DNA from: a virus
Length of the DNA stretch: 64,000 nt
Reading direction: 5' to 3' (one strand)
Virus record (IMG/VR): IMGVR_UViG_3300035661_000023
Span: 33,346-97,345 of that record
Part shown: positions 55,977 through 64,000 of the stretch, one piece after another
Numbering within the stretch: position 1 is the first letter of the stretch
Layout: the number at the start of each line of letters is the position of its first letter
Notes under the pieces: generated by a model
What the model was told of the DNA's origin: nothing
The model's database searches: none
The model's input: the letters and a program-made list of their open reading frames with translations, nothing else
Made by a program: the position numbers and the translations under genes

Positions 55977-56246
55977 TTACGCTCCATTAGCAAAAACATT
56001 TTGACTTCCCTCAATCTTTGTATCTGGGGGAAAGTCATTGTCTTTATCACCGATTCTCGTTATAGTTTTTTTGTTAACAAAGACATTAGGAGATCCTTGT
56101 ACTGTAGAATCTGGCGGAGAATCCGAGTCTTTATCTCCCAATCTGCACGCACCTCTTTTGTTCACAAATACATTCTGACTCTATTCTTTCATATAATCTG
56201 GTGGAGAATCCGAGTCTTTATCTCCCAATCTTACTACACCTGGCAT
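55977..56246 (-). CDS. PAAR-repeat baseplate spike tip (T4 gp5.4-like), 89 aa (1 TAG)
   Basis: Three repeats of R(L/I)GDKD.D.PPD...S.NVF; the first repeat is recovered only by read-through. Confidence 0.85.
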
Positions 56247-56264
56247 ATCATCCTCTACTGAAGT

Positions 56265-56714
56265 TCATGCCATATTTAAGTAAAGTTCACTGATATCATA
56301 TTCGAACCTATCCCGCATGCGCTTCATAGATTCATCCGGGACATTATGTACCGATTTGAAATTTCCATTCATAGTCATTACCACCAAAGCAGAGTCTGTG
56401 ATCTTGGCGATTTCAAAGTATGGGCGCAGTTCTTTCTTTGTGGTGAAGGTATTAGAAACCCATGTGTCAAATCCACCTTGGAGACTCTTGTGTGTCTGCT
56501 CTTGACACCATATATGTGCTAAATGTAGTCGACCAGAATCAAACTTATACTCTCCAGTCAATGGGTCGACAAAGTACATATCGGCTTCATAATGATTCAC
56601 CAGAGCATGCAACTGATACTTGACGAAAGAAGTTTTGCCAGATCCCGGCAACCCGCGAACCAAATACAAAATAGACTGACGATTATTCATTTTTCTTTGC
56701 CTCATGTGCTGCAA
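56265..56714 (-). CDS. P-loop kinase (AAA_33/polynucleotide kinase-like)
   Basis: RGLPGSGKT, EADMYF, VSNTFT and HNVP. Confidence 0.8.
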   Translation of the reverse strand: MQHMRQRKMNNRQSILYLVRGLPGSGKTSFVKYQLHALVNHYEADMYFVDPLTGEYKFDSGRLHLAHIWCQEQTHKSLQGGFDTWVSNTFTTKKELRPYFEIAKITDSALVVMTMNGNFKSVHNVPDESMKRMRDRFEYDISELYLNMA

Positions 56715-56797
56715 TCACAGCTCTAGCGAACTTCACATAATCCCAGAATTTGAATGGTGGATTCATCAAAGAGTTTTTGATCTCCTTGATTTCTTGA

Positions 56798-57841
56798 TCA
56801 GTTAGCATTTACGACATTGATCCAAAATTTCTTAGCTGTGGTAGAAATGATACCATTCACATCTTTAGGCTCAATCTTAGATACTACCATTGTATCAGCT
56901 TCTTCACGGAAAATATCAGACATGACCCACTTGATGAAATGACCGGTTGAAGTCATTTCCAGAGGGTACCCAAGTTCTTTCATCTTTTCAACCCCTTGCT
57001 TCAACCTATTCTCGGTAAGTACTTTATCAACGAACTCTTGATTAGAAGCAATCTTTTCTGGGTCAAGAGTAGCAGTAGTCTTGACCTTAGAGACGGAGTG
57101 CTTCTCACCTTTCACCTTGGCAATATTGCTACGAATGTCAAAACCAATTTCTTGGGTTTGAATAGGTGTGATCACAACACCCTCACCAACAAGACTTCCC
57201 ACTGGCGCATCTGGTTTGAAGAATCTAGCAACAGGGCAGTCATCTTCTACAGCAGCACACAATTCAACAAAAGCATTTTGACTGAGTTCTGGTCGCTCAA
57301 AATCTACAGTCACATAATGAGTAGGGAAGTCATACTTTGTGTAAATGTTGTGCTCTGCATACTTCTTGTCACCAAATACACGTGTAAATGTCTCACATGG
57401 CTGCCAATCAATCGACTCTGCATCAGACGATACACGAATGCCAAATACCATAAAAGATTTAGGCAAGCCATTTACACCAACACCAGATTGGATATTACCA
57501 CCAAACCACTCACCATAGATCTGCACGTTACCTTCTTTATGTCCGGTGATGGCTACGATATCATTCATGATCGAGTTGATCAGGTCACGGTTGGAATAAC
57601 TCCAGGAAGCAAAACCTGCATTATCAGATTCGATTGTGCAAATGCGTTCGCGAGATTGAAAGATGATGTCTTCGGCGGTGCCAGATACTGGGCGGACCCA
57701 CCCACCATTCGATCCGTGTACCTTAGTCGTCACTTCAAAGACAACTTTAGGGTATGGCAGGTTGTGGTAATCTGCAGAAGAACGAACATTCTTGACGATC
57801 TGGCGATACTGATCAATAGATGGAAATTTGATATGTGTCAT
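56798..57841 (-). CDS. RNA ligase 2 family protein
   Basis: KVHGSN, FQSR, YGEWFG, GEGVV and KVKG. Confidence 0.85.
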   Translation of the reverse strand: MTHIKFPSIDQYRQIVKNVRSSADYHNLPYPKVVFEVTTKVHGSNGGWVRPVSGTAEDIIFQSRERICTIESDNAGFASWSYSNRDLINSIMNDIVAITGHKEGNVQIYGEWFGGNIQSGVGVNGLPKSFMVFGIRVSSDAESIDWQPCETFTRVFGDKKYAEHNIYTKYDFPTHYVTVDFERPELSQNAFVELCAAVEDDCPVARFFKPDAPVGSLVGEGVVITPIQTQEIGFDIRSNIAKVKGEKHSVSKVKTTATLDPEKIASNQEFVDKVLTENRLKQGVEKMKELGYPLEMTSTGHFIKWVMSDIFREEADTMVVSKIEPKDVNGIISTTAKKFWINVVNAN

Positions 57842-57922
57842 GATTGTATTATATCACTGTATTCAATAAAAGATAATTTTGTTGAAAATTTTAAGTTGCG
57901 CACATCTACCCAACTCGTGATG

Positions 57923-58528
57923 TTAGTCTTTTGTTCCGTCATGATGACCATGTCTTCGAACAGGTCGGCGACTCATTTCAGAGCAGATGTCATCCATATC
58001 ATGTGGCATCATGAAATTTCCATCCAAGCCAATATCGCACTGCCGAACATCAGGTCCTTGAGGATATCGATGATCATGATGACTATGACTATGTCCGGAC
58101 AACGCGATTGCGCCGTGATGTGCTCTGTTCCAAGTCAAAAAAGGATAATGACTGACGACAATCTTGTGTTTCTTTTCCTGAAACAGATGGTCAAACTCCA
58201 TATAGTCTCCATCCCACACAACTCCGATCAGACCACGAGATTGCTGATATACAGAACTGTTTCGCAGATTAGTGTCATGATTCCCCCAGACGAGTTTCTT
58301 TATACCATTCAGCCGCTTCAGAAATTCTACACCGACTTCTGGTTGTGCGAAACATATGTCACCAGCGATGATAAGAGTATCTTTTTCTTTGACTACAGAA
58401 TTGATGTTCGTCACAACAGCTTCATTCATCTCATCCACATCTTTGAAGTGACCACGAGACCATGGACTGTACTTCAGGATGTTAGAGTGTGAAAAATGTA
58501 TATCCGATGTGATGTATACTTTACTCAT
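57923..58528 (-). CDS. Calcineurin-like metallophosphoesterase
   Basis: SDIHFSH, GD, GNHD, SHYP and GHSH. Confidence 0.88.
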   Translation of the reverse strand: MSKVYITSDIHFSHSNILKYSPWSRGHFKDVDEMNEAVVTNINSVVKEKDTLIIAGDICFAQPEVGVEFLKRLNGIKKLVWGNHDTNLRNSSVYQQSRGLIGVVWDGDYMEFDHLFQEKKHKIVVSHYPFLTWNRAHHGAIALSGHSHSHHDHRYPQGPDVRQCDIGLDGNFMMPHDMDDICSEMSRRPVRRHGHHDGTKD

Positions 58529-58661
58529 TTTCTTGTTCTGCCTATTCCATCATATACAAGAACATGCGTACTTGGTACTAGAATGTCTCTGGGAATATTT
58601 CAGGGTTTACCAAGCGAGAGCCGTAGTGTTCCACCAATTTGTTGTAAATTTCTTCAGTCAT
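58521..58661 (-). CDS. Small hypothetical protein (2 TAG)
   Basis: Fills the gap; YG..LVNPE.FP..F*YQV pattern. Confidence 0.5.
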
Positions 58662-59843
58662 TTTAAACAGTCAAAAATTGTTCTTCGGTGATCGAGTCAA
58701 AGCGATAGGGGTTACCATAAGCTTCGTCGACACGCCATGCTACTTTGCCGTCAACTTTCTTACCGACATACCGGCAATATCCAGCATCTGTCATTCCAGC
58801 GAACCAATCGCCATCTTTGTAGATATCCACAGACCAGTTGTCCATCCGTGCATATTTTGGCTCGACATAGTTCTCGCTAGTAGCAATTCTGCTATACAAC
58901 TCTTGAAATTTAGATTGAACTGTCATGATATATTCCTTGTTGATGGAATTATTATATCACAACCACGAATAAAAGTCAAGAAACAGCCACCCAATCTGAG
59001 TTCAGTTCGTGCATGCCTGATACGAAGTATGGTTCTGTGCCGTATTTCTTGGCATTTTCGGCAATATCTTCGGAGTCTTTTCCAAGGATAGCAAAAATTG
59101 TAGCAGGATTGAGTTTCTTGTCCTTCAAGGACTCAAAACGCGTGTACGCCAAGTACATTTTCATGGGAGTATTCACAGAGTTTCCTTCTTCAGTTCGCCA
59201 CAGTGTTTGCATTGCATGATGTACGTTGTCACAAGTTTGGAGTAAGTGTTCATGTCTCTGGAAGGCAAAGTAAAGTACCCCACTTGTTCTGGTGGCAACT
59301 GATAGAATATCTTATCTCTGGTTGTCTCTAGAACTTCCCACTTGTGCTGGCAAGGAGAAACAGACACAGTATACGGAACAATCTCGAGCCATTTCTGCAA
59401 CCACTTCTTCATTCTTTGATCCTCACATAAGTCCCTGGTTTTGGCATCTGGTCATATATCATCAAGATAGTCTCACCAAATTCAACACAAATTTTGAGCA
59501 AAGTCTGTTCATCTCTGGAGAGATGTTCACAGTACATAGAATTGAAAGCATCAATCATATCTTGAATTACTTCTCTCTGTGTTTTAAAGTCATCAACGAT
59601 GACACGTTCTTCCACTTCTTCAATGCATGTGAACATCATTTCCCGAGACCCACCTTAACGATCCAACCAAGTAACATCACAGAAATCACGAACAACAATA
59701 TAGGAAATTCGATGATAATTATCACGATGGTCACCAGAAGAGATAGTGCAATCATATATGCCATGCCATGCAAAACAAAACCGAATACAACACTCTCCCC
59801 TACCCTTTTATCAAGATTTCCCATAAACTCAGAAAATTTCACA

Positions 59844-60737
59844 TCACACTCCCAGGAATTTTTCAATAAACTCGCGGCGAGCCATTTCATCCAACGCAGA
59901 GAAGTCATCGCGGTTAGCTTCGATCCAATCCACCAGTGGGTAATATTCTTCCGCAATTTTAGACTTCACATCACTATTCAACAGACGATCCAGGTTTCCA
60001 CGCATGAACAGCTTCTTCGTCAGATAATGAGGGGACTTCATCTTGGTAGATATCTGCGCACCATTCTCATCTTCATGGTAAACCACAAACCCCTCGTGCT
60101 TACACACTTTCAGATCTGCCATCACTTCACCAATAGTCTTGGTCTCAACTGGCAAAGTCTTCACCCCCAGATTATTCCAAAAACCGTGTTCTGGATTGTA
60201 TGACACTTTAGATCCATGTACATTCTCACGCATGCCAAGGAAATACAAACCAGGTTCTTCATGAACAATATGTGGATCAGAAGGATCACAGCACTCGAAC
60301 ATAGCAGTCATTCCATCCATCTCATGAATCACAAATGATTCCAACTCAGATGTCACGTGAGACCGAGCCAGCTTAGCAAAAGGAGAATCGATCGAGCCAG
60401 TAGTCGACACAATCAACTGCCCTTTGTACACAGACAGAGCGCACATGAATCCATTCACCTTGCGAACCGCATCGACTACAACATCATCTTCCCATTGAGG
60501 AGCATCTGCTTCAACCCGGAAATTATGGATCTTAGTAAAACTGTATGAAACTAAATTGTAATCGGAATCTAATACCATACCTCTACAATCTCTTAGAAAG
60601 TCGTTCCACAGCCCTTCATAGAATACTTTATTCTTGTATTTCAGCAACACTAATCCAGTGTCTGGATACCGCTTAATAGTCAGTAGATCTTTATTTTGTT
60701 CGATCGATTCACTTATAGTCATGATATACACTTTCAA
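59844..60737 (-). CDS. rnlA: RNA ligase 1 (T4 RnlA-like)
   Basis: CRGMV, KIHN, RKVNG, STTGS, FE, HEGFV and KMKSPHY. Confidence 0.85.
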   Translation of the reverse strand: MKVYIMTISESIEQNKDLLTIKRYPDTGLVLLKYKNKVFYEGLWNDFLRDCRGMVLDSDYNLVSYSFTKIHNFRVEADAPQWEDDVVVDAVRKVNGFMCALSVYKGQLIVSTTGSIDSPFAKLARSHVTSELESFVIHEMDGMTAMFECCDPSDPHIVHEEPGLYFLGMRENVHGSKVSYNPEHGFWNNLGVKTLPVETKTIGEVMADLKVCKHEGFVVYHEDENGAQISTKMKSPHYLTKKLFMRGNLDRLLNSDVKSKIAEEYYPLVDWIEANRDDFSALDEMARREFIEKFLGV

Positions 60738-63262
60738 TGTGTCAGTGGGTCAATTCGCCTTATTTTTACATAATCCGTTTTAAGAACCCAGGAGAAATTT
60801 ATGTGAGATAGAAATATTGGAAGGATACAAATCCAGATCTATTCTTAAAAGAACATGGATTTGCACATATTCATCCATGTGGAGGTGTTTGTGCTGAATT
60901 CAATGCAGACAGTACACAGATTGCTTCATCGATTGCTTTGTAATCGTCTGACGGTAGACGGCTGTAAGCAAGCATCCGTGTGTTGCACAGTTTGCTGATG
61001 AGTACATCGTATACACCTTGTACTGGCAACGGCGTCTGTGCTGGCAATGATGTTGAAGTTCTCATCCAAGATCAACCTGCGACAATCACCACAGACACTT
61101 ATACTTGAACACGATGGATGTTTCTTTGCGCACAACATCATCACGGTGACAGTTGAATTCTTCTTCGTAGTTCATATCAATACTCAATTTCTTTGAAGAG
61201 ACGGATCTGAGAGGTTATAGATTTGTGCAGCTCAGAGATTTCTGTATGAAACCCTTCATCATATTCTTCATTGTCCCAATAGAAGGACATCTGACAATTA
61301 CCTATCTGGACATAAAATCTATCTTCTGTGATTACCAACTGCTCTGGTGTAATAACAACACCATCATACATTATGACAGCATTATACTTCACAGCCATAT
61401 CTTTGATAGACTGTACAATACCACACACAAAATCAAACTTTTGAGACATCATAATTTGGTTATGAAATGATAGCAAACATAGAAAAAGTGGAGAAAATAC
61501 AAGAAACCAAGAATAATCACATGTGGTGTCATAATACTGAAGCATGGATCTTCTGCTTTGATCAGCTTAGCGTTCAGCTTCGCGTAAAAGATTGGAACCA
61601 ACATGATCAGAAATTGCATACTTGAAGTAGACAAATTGTCCATCAGTGGATTCACATAGATGAACGACAGCCAAAGTATAGCAACACTTGCAATCATTAG
61701 CAAATTTAACGTTGTCTTAGTATACTTTGGCTTGTAACTTAATTCTTTTGTGGGAGTATTTTGATGCATGTCGAATGCCTGAATCATGGGTGAGTTAGTT
61801 TCTTCCTGAAGAATTCATACTGCACAATCAGCAGAATTATCCGGTTCACACAGAGTTTCGTTCTTCACATAACCAAATCCACTACATTAGTAGAAGTTCT
61901 TAATGTCACATGATCATGATGAATGCCCACTGATATTACCTAGTTTTAAAAGCTCCATCTAAATCTCCATGATATTCGCGGATAACAACTTTTTCTGTAT
62001 TTTGCGGTGGCTTGAACTCTGGGTACAGAACACTAAACGACACATTTTTCTTGACTTGTACTGTCTTGGTCTTTACTGGGAACCATTTCAAGTACCAAGC
62101 TGGAGCATTGTCACGGATCAGGTGCTGCCACCAATTAGACGGAACACACACATCAACAACAACATCAGTAGATTTCTTTTCTGTGTAGATAAATGTTCGC
62201 AGACGGACACATACAGCATCAATCATATCAGCCATCACGTCAGCCGTGATGTTATATGGCAGTTCGATATTAGCACCGATGTGTTCTCGCTGTAGAATTC
62301 GATCTACAGCCTTGACAGTAATTTTAAAGTCTTTCATCATTCGAGTCCGTTAGTTGCACAAAAATCAATAAACTCACCCATCATGTGATGGGCTTCCATT
62401 GCTTCAAGTAAAGAATCACCATTACTCATTACTAGAGACTACTTTCAGTGTATCCATCAGTAGATTCAATAATCCACCTTCTGCACACATCAGATACTGA
62501 AACGCTTGTTTAATATCTTCTGCTGAGTACATCGCGATGTCAGTAGATACGTTGGGATCACAAACCTTCTTTACAGAATCCAATTCAATGTAAACTTGAT
62601 AGTAACCATTGATCGCTTCCTTTTGATCTATCACTTCAAAATAAGGGATATAGCTACCGTCGTCAAGAATTAGCTGATATTTAACTCCCTTAGCATAGTA
62701 ATAACCATCATGGTCAGTTGTAACAAATACATCACCTACTTTATACCCAAGTTGCATACATGGTGTCTGATGAGTTGTTTCTGTAGTTTCTCTCGTATCG
62801 CTTGTCATGATTGAATCCTTAATCAGTTCATTTCTTTGAAGCCACAATACTCCAATAGTCTTTATTCTGCTTGATTGCTTTACCATCGGCTTTAAGCAAC
62901 TGCACAATTACATCAGGAATGAACCAGATTTTATACTTCCAATGAGTAGGGATTCTTGTTACATTCGTTTTCTTGCTTGGAATGCCTGCTTTAGTATACA
63001 AATGTTCTACTTTACAAGTTGCCCGGTGTTTTTCTTTCCAGAATACGAAGATACCATTTTGTTTATTCTCACGAACCGAGCGGCAGTGAATATTCTGTAG
63101 CTCTGCTACTTTAGATTTAACAGCAGAATGAGTAGTTGCACGACCTACAATATCAAAGCCATTATTAGATGATACAAGTTCCGGCTTAATTCTTATTTGC
63201 ACAAGGTTCCCTTGATAAGTTGGTATGGATGTATTATACAACAAGAATGAATAAAAGCTTAG

Positions 63263-63859
63263 TTAGCTGTACTTGCCATTGAGAACCAGGATAAGTTCTT
63301 GTTTTTGTTTTTCTTTAACATCATCATACTCAGCAGTATTAGCAGCAGCGTTAGAAGCAGCAAAAGCAGCAGCGTTAGAAGCATAAAAAGCAGCTTTAGT
63401 AGTGTTAGCAGCTTTAGCAGCGTTAGAAGCATAAGCAGCAGCTTTAGCAGCGTTAGAAGCATAAGCAGCAGCTAGAGAAGCATCTTCTAGTTCTCGTTCT
63501 GTAGCTTCACCCTTAGCAAACTTTTCAGCCATGTCTAGAGCATCAAGACAATACCGACCTTCCATCAAGTGTTGAACTTGCCGGGCGCACCAGACAGCGT
63601 ACAACCGAATAGCTTTATCCTGCCCTTTGATAGAACTCAGGCACCATAAAGTGTCGGTCAATCCATTTGATTCCAGAACTGTCAACAAGTTAAGTTCTTC
63701 ATCATCAGCTTTAGTCTTGTTCAAGTGTTTGAGAAGTTTGGTCCAGCCTTCATCAGAAGGCAAATACTTACGGATTGCATTCAAACTGGTAACAAAAGGT
63801 TGGGTAACTGTGTTGTGTTGCATAAGGGTTTCCTCGATAAGTTGATGTGAATGTATCAT
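63263..63859 (-). CDS. Protein with Ala-rich C-terminal repeats
   Basis: GWTKLL, LESNGL.D.LW and AVWCARQV; tandem AAYASNAAKA repeats. Confidence 0.7.
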   Translation of the reverse strand: MIHSHQLIEETLMQHNTVTQPFVTSLNAIRKYLPSDEGWTKLLKHLNKTKADDEELNLLTVLESNGLTDTLWCLSSIKGQDKAIRLYAVWCARQVQHLMEGRYCLDALDMAEKFAKGEATERELEDASLAAAYASNAAKAAAYASNAAKAANTTKAAFYASNAAAFAASNAAANTAEYDDVKEKQKQELILVLNGKYS

Positions 63860-63883
63860 GATACAAATAAATTGTAGTAGAAA

Positions 63884-64000
63884 TTAGCTGTACTTGCCGT
63901 TGAGAACCAGGATAAGTTCTTGTTTTTGTTTTGCTTTGGCTGAAGCGCGAGCAGCAGCGGAATTAGCACTGTAAGCAGCACTGTAAGCAGCACCGCGAGC
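63884..64000 (-). CDS. 3' end of a paralog of the 63263-63859 gene (truncated by the window edge)
   Basis: Same KQKQELILVLNGKYS terminus; 49-bp near-identical DNA. Confidence 0.65.
   Translation of the reverse strand, partial: ARGAAYSAAYSANSAAARASAKAKQKQELILVLNGKYS

Noticed and set aside
56103-56232. Direct DNA repeat GGAGAATCCGAGTCTTTATCTCCCAATCT
   Set aside because: Explained by the internal repeats of the PAAR protein.
56996-58492. 498-aa plus-strand ORF (also 59292-60203 and other plus-strand ORFs)
   Set aside because: Antisense shadows of well-supported minus-strand genes, with no recognisable motifs.
2168-58661. Mass pseudogenisation or sequencing error as the cause of gene fragmentation
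   Set aside because: The breaks are almost all TAG, preserve frame, and hit essential genes whose motifs are otherwise intact.
2168-58661. Standard phage table 15 (TAG=Gln)
   Set aside because: Most informative sites align to Ser, Thr or other small residues; only one site (27700) clearly prefers Gln. Not formally excluded without alignments.
1-64000. Amber suppressor tRNA, seryl-tRNA synthetase or release factor gene
   Set aside because: No cloverleaf or such protein recognised by eye; they may lie outside the window.

Overview
This 64-kb window is from a T4-superfamily (myovirus-like) dsDNA phage. Spanins, a GH19 endolysin and sigma70-type promoters point to a Gram-negative host. Nearly all genes are on the minus strand. 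The main signal is genetic-code reassignment: about 80 in-frame TAG codons (hand count) interrupt about 35 otherwise intact genes, while convincing genes end in TAA or TGA. Conserved motifs and internal repeats indicate TAG = serine, not the glutamine of the usual phage table 15. Read-through restores full-length NrdB, primase, dCMP deaminase, PhoH, ClpP, GH19 endolysin, SleB-like hydrolase, i-spanin, PAAR and a single 2,493-aa tail fibre/adhesin that the ORF track splits into 10 pieces. Other highlights: (1) a P-loop ATPase split inside its Walker A motif by an atypical split intein (13-aa IntN, 132-aa IntC); (2) a UDP-xylose synthesis plus glycosyltransferase cluster, a candidate DNA xylosylation system; (3) two related ~250-bp elements 41.5 kb apart in inverted orientation, with a flipped 39-bp core; (4) a ~1.1-kb structured non-coding region; (5) an Acb2 anti-CBASS protein; (6) a DenV-like pseudogene carrying an 11-bp tandem repeat. 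No amber suppressor tRNA or release factor gene was found in this window. All family calls are from motif recognition; no database searches were run.
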